Of a stretch of DNA of 64,000 bases, positions 46,340 to 59,479 are shown piece by piece. This DNA is from the human T2T-CHM13v2.0 reference genome, Homo sapiens. Under the pieces are notes generated by a model. That model ran no database searches, had not been told where the DNA came from, and was given only the letters and a program-made list of their open reading frames with translations. A program made the position numbers and the translations under genes. Position 1 is the first letter of the stretch, and each line of letters opens with the position of its first letter. Location of the stretch: the NCBI RefSeq assembly GCF_009914755.1, contig NC_060938.1; one strand, written 5' to 3'.

Positions 46340-46578
46340 TATATATATATATATGTATATAATATATATATGTATATAATATATATATGTATATAATATA
46401 TATATGTATATAATATATATATGTATATAATATATATATGTATATAATATATATATATATGTATATAATATATATATGTATATAATATATATATGTATAT
46501 AATATATATATGTATATAATATATATATATATGTATATAATATATATATGTATATAATATATATATATGTATATATGC
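46340..46578. repeat. AT-rich compound micro/minisatellite (tatataa(ta)ntg units) in place of the L1 poly-A tail
   Basis: About a dozen variable-length gtatataatatatatat units. Confidence 0.92.
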
Positions 46579-46773
46579 ACATATCCAAAAAAACCCACCA
46601 CAAAACCTAACATCATTTTAGTAGATTAATTCATAGGAACCTTATCATCAGTTATCCATCAATACAGAATACAGAGGGTTAAAACTCTGGAATTATTGTT
46701 TCTGTCTCTCTCCCTGATGACGTTTTCTTACATTCTTATATATGGTTACGTGGCCCCATCTTGTCTTCTAGAT

Positions 46774-46920
46774 TTTCATTATACTTATTGAATTCATTTC
46801 AATAAGTATAATGAAATTTACTTATATAATGAAGTATACTTATATACTTATATATGAAGTATAATGAAATTCATTTCAATAAGTATAATGAAATGAATTG
46901 ATTTCACTATACTTATTGAA
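46774..46920. repeat. Four copies of a 19-bp motif in mixed orientation forming two hairpins
   Basis: tttcattatacttattgaa 46774-46792; its reverse complement at 46798-46816 and 46875-46893; forward again (1 mismatch) at 46902-46920. Confidence 0.9.
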
Positions 46921-48083
46921 TTCAAGAATTAAAGCCATGGCAGCATTTCTCATATTTATTTCTACTAAAACAGAAGACACTCCTCTACTTTTCATATATA
47001 ACGATGTTCCACTTACCCAACATGGTATGATAAATGCCATGGTGAAGGGAGTACACACTTAAGCCTTTTCCAGGGTATGGTTAGGACATTTGCAAATAAT
47101 AGTGCTGGAGCCATTTGCAAATAGTAGTGCTGCCTATCCAACATTCCTATTTCCCCCAGCCTTAGCACTCCTTCCTATATGTTAAGGAATTAAGTTCTAT
47201 CATTTTTATGCTTATCAGAAATCCTTGTTTTTGAGCCCAGCTTCAATTTATCACACCTTTAGGCTGATAATACTTCTATTGGTGCTTGAGCCAAACCGTT
47301 ACGTCCTGAATCCCCATGAAATATGCTTATAGATATAAATGATAACTAATCCAATTTTGTGTTTCTTTTCTTGTTCTAATACAGTTAGTTTTTATTTATA
47401 TGTAAGTTCCACATGCACTTACTAATATAAAACTGTCAATAAGTAGCTTATTTTAAAGTGTGCATTCTATCACTCCCCGAAGCAGAACTTTTAGTTTTTC
47501 GTATTAGTTATACTATATCTAAATCTGTCAATGAGCCTAAATGCAATGAATTGCATTGTGAATCATTATGCCCTGTGGAGGCAATCATCACAGATGCAGT
47601 CTCTAAAGTTTTTGTGCTAGAGGTAGCTGATTTTCTCACTAAAGAGGAATAGGTTGCCTCTTCAGGCAACAAAGTTTCAGAGATACTTGGGGGCGTAAAA
47701 TTCTTCGTCATTTTTAGAACTGTCCAAAATATATAGTACATCCCTAGTCTTAGTATCCTGGTCGATCCAACCATAGTTCTGAGCTTAACCTAAGAAATTT
47801 GGCAGAGTTTTTCCTTAACTGTTATTGCAGCTCTGAAAACCTTATAATGAAACCTAGAGACAGAAACTCAGCTAGATGTGTCCTGTGCTAATTGTTTAAA
47901 ATAATTTGCTTAAGACTTCTGTAAAGATTTTCTCATTGTCCCACCATGCCTTGTATTTGGACTCCATGGACTTAATTTACAGATATATTTTTAGTAAGCT
48001 TTCTAGGGCTCTAAGAAGCAGCTATTCTATCACCTACAATATTTTTGATCCACCTTTTTGCCATAGTGACTAACTAATTTAGC

Positions 48084-48293
48084 TCTGGAGTCACCAACCA
48101 TGGCATATAAGCAAAATTTAGACCCCTGCCTGTTTGGATATTTACCGTTCTTGAACACAGTCATACACAAATGGTTAGTTTACTTTAGCTCAACAAGGGT
48201 AGATTACGTAGTTGCAACAGTAAACTTTTGGCTAACAAAGTTAAAGTATTTACTATATGGTCTCTCAAGAAAAAAATCTGTCAACAACTGCTG
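48084..48293. mobile_element. MER58A-like hAT-Charlie MITE
   Basis: gaacacagtcat...gtagttgcaacag...aaagtatttactatatggtc...aaaaaatctgtcaac. Confidence 0.7.
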
Positions 48294-49132
48294 TAGTCAC
48301 TTGAACTCCTGAAAGTTAGTGCTCCTCTGACACTCCATCCCATTCCACTGCCGTTGCTAATTTGAGTTATTATATCACTATATGCCACTAGTTAGCAGTA
48401 GTATATTTCCCTTGGAACAGAAAGGTATATAGATATTTATTAAATATTTGAGTAATCTATACCTAGAATCCTACTTTGAGGATCTGTTCCCTAGGTCAAT
48501 CCTGATACCAATTATTGGAGCAACCAGATTCTGGCTCTTAATAGATAGCAAATTTATAAAGGGTTTAATGTTTTATAATTTAATAAATATCAGTGAAGAG
48601 AGTTGTCAGAAAATATAAGACAACCAGCTATAGGTGGTGAAGGACACAGCGATTAACTTTGGGTACCCATTTCCACTTCTACTCCTGAAGGAATAAATTG
48701 TGGGGCTGTGTTATGATAGCTATAAAGAGCTTGGAAGAGAGGAAGGAGAGCTGCTGGACAGGTGATGCAAATGTAAAAAGCTGCCACAAGCAGAACCACA
48801 ATGATTCACTTACACAGAGAATGGGGAACTTAATCCTTCTTTCACTTGAGCTTCAATATCCATAGAGGTCGGTCTACAAAGCCACAGAACAGGGCCGAGA
48901 TGAGCAAAATTCGATCTAGAAAGGAGATAAAAGGACAGGCCTTTAGTAGATTAAAAAAACAGTACAATGTCTCAAGAATTGTAAATGCCTTCGCAATTTC
49001 CTCTAAATTCAGTTTAATTATTTAAAAAGTACATTTATATAAGTTAGAAATTCCAATCTTCGCTCCAGTATTAAATTTAATGTTTTAAGATTGGCCAGTC
49101 TCACTAGGAGGTTAACAGTGTTGATGACAGAT

Positions 49133-49194
49133 CAAAAAGTTGCACAAAATCTGGGACTATGACCAAAAAGTTGCACAGAATCTGGGACTGTGAC
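49133..49194. repeat. 31-bp tandem duplication (2 mismatches)
   Basis: caaaaagttgcacaaaatctgggactatgac followed by caaaaagttgcacagaatctgggactgtgac. Confidence 0.9.
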
Positions 49195-50292
49195 AATGTC
49201 ATTAATTAAAGGAGATTTTATGAACAACTGAATTTTCTTTTTTATGTAAGCCCATTTGTTGTTACTAGCAACCAAAAGATGAAAACTAGCCCATGATCTA
49301 ACTTATGATTCTAAGTTATTAGCACAACATGATTGTCTAAACAAATTTTGTGGAAGATCACATATTACCACATTAACTAAAACAACATGAAAACTGTTTA
49401 GTAGCATAGATAAAGGTCAGAGTGAGGATGGCATGGGTTGTCATATGAAAATGGATTTGCATCAAGAAGCTCGATCCTCTTTTTTAGTCTTCTAATATTG
49501 AAACCTATAAGGCTGATGTTTCTTCATATGAAAAAGAAAACATTTAAAGGAAATAGAGACGTGCTGACTGTTAATTAAACTCATAGGTCATTTTAATCCA
49601 GAAATATCTTTCTTTATGCCAAAGAGATTCTTAAATGTGATCAAATTTCAGTGAACATAAATTCAGTAAAATAACTTTTACATTATATTAATTATTTATG
49701 TATATTAACAACCAAACAGAAAGTCTCAATACAAAAATTATTCATAATGTATTCTTTTTTCAACTCCTGTAGTGAGTACATTTTTTTTCAGGTAGTTGCA
49801 ACTTAAAGGCTATACCAATGATAATTAAAAGATAAGTTTTGGTAGTTTAATGAGAGGTACTCTTCAAAGTTTAAAAATGCCATACTTTTTCTTTAAAAAT
49901 TAGGTGAATCATAGCAGATTTAGCCTCATCAGACAAATTTGATTTAAAAAGAAACAGTTTCAAATAAGATCAGCCATTACTGATTGCTTTTGTAACAATG
50001 AAATTCTGTTTCTTCATATATATGTGTATGTGTGTGCACACGTGTGTATGTATGTGTATGTGTCAGTGAGAGATTATATATAGAGGTACTGTATAATACA
50101 CACACATAATGTATTTTAAATATTATATATGTTATATTAAACGTGTTGTCACAATCTATAAGAACAATTCTTTGATTTTTAATGGTAGTTCCATCTAGCC
50201 AAACCTGTTAATGACAAAGATTTTTGTTGGAGGGAAAAGTTCTTCTTTAAGAATTATTCTGAAATGATATAAATACGAAAAAGAACAATGTA

Positions 50293-50574
50293 TTTTTTTT
50301 TTTTTGAGATGGAGTCTTGCTCTGTCGCCCAGGCTGGAGTTCAGTGGTGCGATCTTAGCTCACTGCAACCTCTGCCTCCCAGTTCAAGCGATTCTCCTGC
50401 CTCAGCCTCCTGGGTAGCTGAGAATGCAGGTGGGCGCCACCACACCCGGCTAATTTTTGTATTTTTAGTAGAGATGGAGTTTCACCATGTTGGTCTGGCT
50501 GGTCTCGAATTCTTGACCTCATGGTCCCCCCACCTTGGCCTCCCAAAATGTTGGGATTACAGGTGTAAGCCACC
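50293..50574 (-). mobile_element. AluS (Sg-like), slightly 5'-clipped
   Basis: poly-T, gagatggagtcttgctctgtcgccc; tgtattttt on both flanks. Confidence 0.9.
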
Positions 50575-53500
50575 TTGTATTTTTCATGGCCTGCTTTCTT
50601 ATTCACGTTATTAAATAACAGTTTTCTTCTCCTAAAATCTACTTGTCCTCTTTACATTCTGCCAAACACTGCAAAGGTCTCCTAATTCAAGAGCTTGTTT
50701 CAATAGAACAATGTTGTTCCATTTTTTTATTATTTTTTTAACAACATGCTAATTAAGGGTTGAATAGTCATTCTTAAAGTTCCTCTTAAAACAAATTGGA
50801 AAATGTATACTACTTTATTTATGCAAACATTTATGAAAATATTTGTGAATATCACATTGAACAATGAAGAAACAATAGGATATCTCTTTTCAAATTGTAG
50901 GTTAAAGAATATTTTTTTAAAAGCCAAAGATAAGGAGTTAACAGATTTTGCTTTGGACGAAGAGAAAATAAACTTCTTTTTATTCATGGATGCAATACTT
51001 TTATAAAGTTCCACAAAGCTTTTAAATGATACAAATGTACTTTATGTGTTGGAACAGTGTGCACTTCTATATTCCACAATTCACAGTACCTACAAAAATA
51101 AAAAAGTAACTTAAATATTTATTAGGAGCCAGAGCTACAGTTTTATCCTCTTTAAGATGAAGTATAAAACTAAAAACGATATATTTTCCTTCTAAGAGGG
51201 GTGTGTATGTGTGTGTGTATGCACATGTCTGTTTTTGACCTCTGACAGAGAAAATACAAAAATATTTAAAACAACAACAGATGCATTTTCATATCCAATA
51301 TAAGATTTTTCTTTATATTCACTGCTGAAAAAGTTTATGAGAAATTTGTAGAGAAAAATGTAGGTCTGGTTACAGAATGATTTCTTCACAGATGTCAATG
51401 GAAACTATAAAGGATTTCCATATAACCAACTTTTTTCTCCTTAATATGAAAATTACATATATTGAAGCAATTGCAAGGATATGAAAAATATGTCAAATAT
51501 GTATAGAAACTGCATAGCATTTGTTGAAAGTAAAAAGATACATTGAACAAAACACTGTCACAATTAATTTGTGGAATTATCTTTGATTTATTGTTTTTAC
51601 TTGTTTTAATAACTCCGTAAGTTTGATATCCTCTATGGAAATGTCAACATATTTAACAATTATCCAGCTTTTTGCCTAAGATAGGCACTCTTGGAGTATT
51701 CTATATTCACATGTTATCTGTAGGATAAAGGATGTTTGAAAAACATGGTGTATGATGGAGCAATGTCAGAAAATTCTAATACTTCCAGATTTATTTTTAC
51801 ATTAAATAGTATTTCTCTAGAATTCCTGATATGGTTAAGTCCTGAATAGCTTTCCTAATGATATTTTTTCATCAGTAGTTTCTGTATTTAAATTCAAATA
51901 AGCGCATCACAGCAGGTTATTAAAGCTAGAATGTAGTTGAGGTTGACAATACTCTGTTTCTACATCTTAGTGAGTTGAAGATGTTTAGTGCAGCCTTACC
52001 TTTCTTGTAAGTTATTTATACATAACCATGAATCAGAAAGCTGGATTCCTAAACTTGGCAGACTAAACAGATTTCCTCTGTCCCATCTGCCAAATTCATT
52101 TCTTGATTCCCTATCTGAGGTCTCTCCAGTTCTTAGAGGTTTAAGAAAAGAAAACAAACAAATCTCAGGAGTGCCTGTGCAACTCTGCCCTCTGCTCACA
52201 TCTTTGCCAATCCTGAATTCTATTCCATCTGCCCTGCTGCTGCCTGAGCTGTCCTCATGATCAATAGGCAGACAAGGACTGTTGGCAAATAGGAAACAGA
52301 CATTTAATTTCACAGAACAGGAAGAAATTGCAAAATCCATATGATAAAGGCCATAGACATAAAATGCATTGGCTTTTAACATATGTGTATATTGCAGAAG
52401 AAGTTGAGAATACAGAAAAATATAAACTATGGAATGGCTTGTTGGAAAGCTATTCGTTGAAGCCATACTCTGTATCTAAAGATACATTTTTTGCCACATA
52501 AAGTGTAAGGAAAAAAATATATACTTTGAAAGTCTTATAAGCAATATTTCTAAGAATCTGAGCTAGAGTTCTTTTATAAATGGATGTATATTTTAACATT
52601 ATATTTCCTGCTGACTAAGTTGAAAATGAAAATATTCTTGTTCAAAATAGTTTTCATTGCTGACAAAAGAGGTATGGCATTTATATGCAGAGAGATACTT
52701 TTTGTCCCAGAAATAAATCTAATGAAGATTTTATTACGCATTTGCTTTCTTTAGGGGCATTTTGCAATGTAATGGATATTGTCTTTTCTACCACCAGGAA
52801 CTGATTTTTCTACCTGATTCAGTAACTGCAATGTGAGATGTCATTAAATGTTAGAGGCAATTATTTCAGCCAATTTAGCACATTAGCCTACCTTCACCTA
52901 CATAATATTTTGTCATGTTTTCTATCTTCTTTCATACTCATCCCTGCTTCATTCTTTCACAGTGCCATCCTAGTTTTATTACGGTTCATTCTTACTTTTC
53001 CTCAGAACTTTGTTATTTGCCCCCTTTTAATCTCTTTTATGATATTTATGGATCACATAATCTATTTTTAAGAATCTCCTTATTCTTACCTTACTTCCAG
53101 TAGTATTCCATATTCTCACTCCAAAAAAAAAAAGCAGTTTTTCACAGAAGAATACATGGCAGTTATTTTAAAGACTTTTCATATTTTTCATATCCACAAA
53201 TTCAAAGGGAAGTTATGTGAAGTCAGCCTGCCTCTTGCATCCAACAAAAAAGTATTGTATTTCAGCCTTTTTCTTCTTTCTTTTAAAAAACTTTTTGCTT
53301 GAAATGCATGCCATCCATTTTCTTCTTTTTACTGCTACTACTTCTTCCTATGTTCTAAGATACACATCTATTTTCAATAATTAGTTTAGTGGCAAGATCA
53401 CAATGCCACTGTTTTAATTTGTTGGATACATATTTTTGTAAAATTCAACATTATTTTTAAAATTTTTTCTCAATACCTAGGTCAGAGAGTTTTTTGATAC

Positions 53501-55423
53501 ATTTAATTGTAGTGAAATTCGGTTCTATTTTATTTTACCGCCTTGAAAGAAGACCACAACGGAAGCTCCTCCAATGCTGAACATTGAGTAACATCTTTGT
53601 AAAATTTCTCCCTCAGTTTACTAAATCATTCCCTTTGAGTATTAGGAGAATTTTGCCTCAATTAGCTCTTCTTAATCACATTATAACATCTTGTCCCTCA
53701 CTTCCTACAGTCTCCAGACACCATCTGTCCTCTCACCAGCTAATTAAGATTTTAATAACAGGTCCATCAAAAATTCAATTATTATGTTGGTTGTCTTTTT
53801 TTACATGACAGCTGTCAATCAATGAAAAAGAGCAATAACTATTCACATTTTGTAATCTTATGAATGATGTGTTACCAATTAAATTATAGGTAGTTCAATG
53901 TAAGTTGTAAATCTATATGCACATTTTGCAATTGGCATATAAACACGTATCAAAAAAGGTTAATAAATAATATATTATGGTGTAACTAGAAAAGAAATTA
54001 GCATTATATTTGTGTAATGTTTTGCATTAACTCACATTTATTGAAATTGCCCTTATAGTTTAGGTAGTGCTGTATATTTTTAAAAATTATATAGTTGAGA
54101 AGAAAAGACTAAAGGAAAACACTAATTACATAGTCAAACTTCCTGGAAGAATTCAATACCAGAATTAATACACTAATCAATAAATCTGGTTGCAATGCTC
54201 TTTTACTTCAATATTATTATTTATTATATTATATTATTTTGATTCACTTGTGTTTGGTATTACTAAACATATCTTTAGAATAAATTTTGGGTCAATGTGT
54301 AATGTTTTCTGAAATATTATCAACTCTTTGCATAAAAGCCTAATGTGAATTGAAGATTGTAGATGAAATCTGATATGTTAGTCATCAAGGTTCGAATTAG
54401 AAGATTTTCAAGGGAACTCTAGCACTGTTTTTGTGGACCCACATTCTTTCTAACATGGATGTCATTTTCTTCTTCATGCTGCTCACCTTAATCTATATCA
54501 CCCTATAACTGATGTAACAAGGGAGGTTCAATTAGATTAATTTGCAGGTGCATGTAAATTACCAATAGATTAAAAGTTTTAATTTTCTCAAATTATTTTA
54601 TCATAAATTAAGTGGTAGAAATATTACTTAGCAGAAGCCTATTTTCAGCTCTTAATATTTGTTTTCCCCTCTCAATTATTTTCCTTTATGTACTATGTAT
54701 TTTAGATATTTCCTGGAACCTCATATTTCTATAAATCACTCAGATGTCATTGCACTCCAGGTTAGGTACTGGAAACTCTTTTATATCTGCTGTGTTAGAA
54801 AAATAATAATAAAATATTGGTAATAGTTTTAAAAGATTATCAAGTCCATCCTGTGTGCCTAGAGATACTTAGGAGATTCTGACTTACACACTGATTATTT
54901 AGTAGGCTTTTGCATTATTGCTGATTTAGGTTTCTGATTTGCAGATTCATTGTTTTCTTCATTGGAGAAGTAATAATTAGAACGTTGTATGACGGGAAAA
55001 TATATTTGTAGTGCAAATTAATTGTGCAGCCCCAAATCAAGGGTATTTTAGCAGAAGGGTAAGATGCAAGCATACAAGTTCACTGTTCAAAAAATACATT
55101 TATATAGTATTCTATATAATTTACATTTATTTAACTTTGTAAACTGTATCATCTAGGTAAAACAATGCCCATAGGCATTTGGGGAGAAGGCATACTATTA
55201 ATAGCTCTTATTTGGAGAACATTCTTTATCTTAACATGTATCCCCCAGAAAAACTCATACAAAAAAGAATTTAATACAGGCTGAATTTTTAGGTAAAATT
55301 ACCTATGAATTATAATGACCCCTCAAATTAGTTTCCTTTATGTTTTAGGATTAAACTTTTTAATTTAACATGTAGTACCTCTGGAAATACATGTTATTGA
55401 AATTGCAGATGATAAAGAACTAA

Positions 55424-55754
<331 letters not shown>

Positions 55755-56355
55755 CTGAGGTCTTGTATTAGGTTCATTATGGGTTAGAAGTTCATTTGTA
55801 AAATAGTTGTCATTTATTTATGAACATATATTTATCACTTTGGTAACCAAGCAAAGTTCTAACAATCTAAATCACGGCGTTCTTGTCTCATTCTGGACCC
55901 ATATTCAGGAACTTGAAAACATTTGTTTCTGAAATAGATTGTAACTTTATTTCTGCCTTTACTTGATGTGAAAGTGACGTATCTATATCGCCTCACTGAA
56001 GTTACAGATACACTAAAATATACAAAATAAACACAGACGCACATGCTCACACTTCTAAAGTCAAATAATTTTTTTGTAAAAATCTTAGGTTTCAAAGGAA
56101 GCTATATAAAACTTACTGCTAAACTTTTATGGCTTTGTGGGAAATTAAGATATCTGAATTTGCCTTCCCTTACATTACAGAAAATGACATATGAATATGT
56201 AAATTTGGATATGAAATAAATTAATATTTCATTATAGTCTTATTTGCATGAAACCTGCTCTGTTTTAATAATTGTAAGTTCTAGTGGAATGCTCATACAG
56301 GTGATTTAATGAAATGTTAGCAAAGGAGAACTATCTAGCAGTCAAGAAACTTATG

Positions 56356-56625
56356 TCGCTTTATCGCCTAGGCTGGAGTGGAGTGGCGCGATCTCGACTC
56401 ACTGCAATCTCCGCCTCCTGGGTTGACGCCATTCTCCTGCCTCAGCCTCCCAAGTAGCTGGGACTACAGGCACCCGCCACAACGCCTGGCTAATTTTTTT
56501 GTATTTTTTAGTAGAGACGGTTCCACCGTGTTAGTCAGGATGGTCTCGATCTCCTGACCTCGTGATCCGCCAGCCTCAGCCTCCCGAAGTGCTGGGATTA
56601 CAGGCGTGAGTCACCACGCCCGGCC
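56356..56625 (-). mobile_element. AluY-like SINE lacking its 3' end and poly-A tail
   Basis: Begins abruptly at tcgctttatcgcc with no poly-T; Y diagnostics cgccattctcc and ggtctcgatctcctgacctcgtg; intact 5' end gcccggcc. Confidence 0.9.
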
Positions 56626-59479
56626 CACAGTGGTGTTTTTAAGAATGTTAAGAACCGGAACAGAACACTGGTGATCAGAACTGGCACCAACCAGATAACA
56701 ACAGATATGATAGTGCTATTGAACAGTAGCCAAATGTAGACCCTGATAAATGTGATTATATACATGAAAATGCTTTGAATTTTTAAGTACTCTACAAAGA
56801 TATAATTATAGTGAGTTATTGGGCAATTCTTAACCAACCCCCCCCCCCCAATTTTCTGTCTTTTTAAAGCAGTATATATTCATTGTGGAAAGATTGAACA
56901 TTCAAGAAAATAGAGGAAAATACAAAAATTATAATCCATCTCAAGGAAATTATTGTCACCAATTTTGGATATTTTATTGAGAAAAAGCATATTATAAATT
57001 TTATCAGTATGTTGTTTATATTATTCTATCACATTAAAAAATGCATATGCTAATGAGTAATGAGATACATGCATGAGAATTTTATCAATATACCAAAAAT
57101 AACTGACATAGAAAATGTTCTATATTTAACATAAAACGACACAATTGTGGCTTATTTCCACTGAATCATTTACCTATGAGCATATAATTTCACTTTTAAC
57201 AGTAGGAAGATGCAATAATTTGAAACAAACTTTCTGTTATACTGAGTTCATAGTACCTCTACTGCTGTAAAAATACATAAAATAACAGTAGGCAGGTGCA
57301 ATAATTTAATACAAATTAGGCAATTTATAAATTATTAAAGTCAGTGAATCAGGTCATGTAGAAAATGTTTCTACTCAGTGAGGAAATGTAAAGAATTTTG
57401 TTAGCTGTGTTCTGTTTTTCTCAAATAGAGAAAAAACGTAACTTTTTTAAGAAAAACTTCATTTATCAAACTGTCATGTTGGATCTTGGCCTCTAAAGGA
57501 TGTCTTCTGGGAAGAAAATTATGTTTTAAATATCACCTTGTGTTTCTGAGAAAGTAGTATATAAACCCAAAATACTATTATTTTTATCATTTTAAATTGG
57601 TTGATACAATGTCTATTTTTGTATTGAAATTTTATATGCCAACTTACTATCTTATCATCCCAATGACTTTATCATCATTTTTTTTTCCTAAATGACTCAT
57701 TTTTTTCTTACTGGATTCATTCCAGTTTCTTGTATCATATTTTTAACACAAAAACCATGCAATATGTGTTTTTTTATTCAAGGTAGAATTTTATGATATT
57801 ATCTTTTCTTGAATTATTTTCATATTTACCATAGATAGTAGCTCCTATAGAACTATAGTTTACAAATTTATTGCAATCTTTTTACCTTGTCTTGAATAAA
57901 TAAATCAAGATCAACCAACATTGCTTCTTAATGTTCTTTTGTACATCTTTTTGTCTCCATATGTTTACATTTTATTTTTTATTAGTTTTGTGTAAGACAT
58001 TTTTAAAATAAGGTTTTCTATTTCTGTGCCATCATACTGTATTTTATTTAATGTGATTTCACTAATTATTCAAATTGTTATTCATGCCACTTACTAGATG
58101 GATGACCTTTGAAAATTATTTATGTTTACTTGATGTCTATTTTTATTTCGTAAAACAAAAAGTTAGATTGGATGAATGATAAAACCCTTCTCCAATCATT
58201 GACACTGTAGCCCATTTTCTGCCACTTACTTAGACATAGATTCATTCTTTCTCTTCTTATGACTTATTATTCATAAAATAACTCATTTTGGAAATGATTT
58301 CTTCTTTTTAAGCATCTCCATATATTTCTAACAGTATCATAATTCTGCAATTCAAGAAGTATCTAGCTTAAAAGCTTACAATGAATGTAGACATGCTTAA
58401 TTTATATAGGTCAAAAATAAAGATGTAATTTAAAATATGTAGATAATAATTATACTGTAAAGTTGAGGCTAAACCAATCTCTCAGTAGTAAGGATCAAGC
58501 CACCTGATAACTGTATAGTATTTATTAAATACTAAATCAAATGCATAAAATAAACTTTGTGCTCTTTGTCTATATGAAAAAAATTAACTTTAAAAATTTA
58601 CAATGGAATCTGAGTTTTGTATAAATGTGGAAAACAGCACATTAATAGGTAATATTACCATATATGCTCAGTTGTGTGACAATCTGTATAGTCCTGTTTG
58701 TTTATTTTTCAAATTCTTGTAATTTTCGTTTATTATGCTTTATAAAATGATTAAATAAAGTAATTTCAGGTTCAATAAAAATGATTGACTGATCTCTGAA
58801 GAAATGTAGAATTAGAATAGCAAGGATTTGGGAGCTTACTCCTTACTTTTATCATATCCTAAATATTTTCAAAAGATTAAAGATGCATTCTTTTCTGCAT
58901 TTATATGGCATTAAAGATGACAACTATGTACAGAGTTTCTAATTTTTGTGACAGTATGATAGTAAACAAAACCAAATGGTATTATTTATTTCCCAATTAT
59001 TAGATTTGAAAATCTATTAATGCGTATTAATCAAATCATCACTTTCTGTTGTCTATAATAGTGATAATTTTAAATTTTTTTAACATTACTGAATTGCTTT
59101 AAAACTATAGAGGAAGGAAAATTTCTTCGAAAGTTAAACTTTTGAAAAGGGTCGTTTGTGTTAGTAGTTTCCTAGTTAAAAAAACAATTGTGCATTTATA
59201 TAACATTAGATAATATGTTTACAAAGTAATTTTACAAATTCCAATATCTTAATATTAAATATATGTTATTATAACTTTTATTTATTAAGCATTTAATATG
59301 TGCTCAGCAACTGTTAGGCATATTTCACACATAATCTCTTAGAAAGCCAAGAAAAATAGAGAAGAATGAATAAAACACTAAAACTTTACTATATAATGCT
59401 TGGAGAAAATGTATCAAAATATAAGCCTATAAAATTTTAAAGTAAAAGGGTGGAAGACCATGTATATAGATAGATTTGA

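Noticed and set aside
53530-53625. Minus-strand peptide KLREKFYKDVTQCSALEELPLWSSFKA
   Set aside because: Short, bounded by stops, weak splice sites and no recognised homologue.
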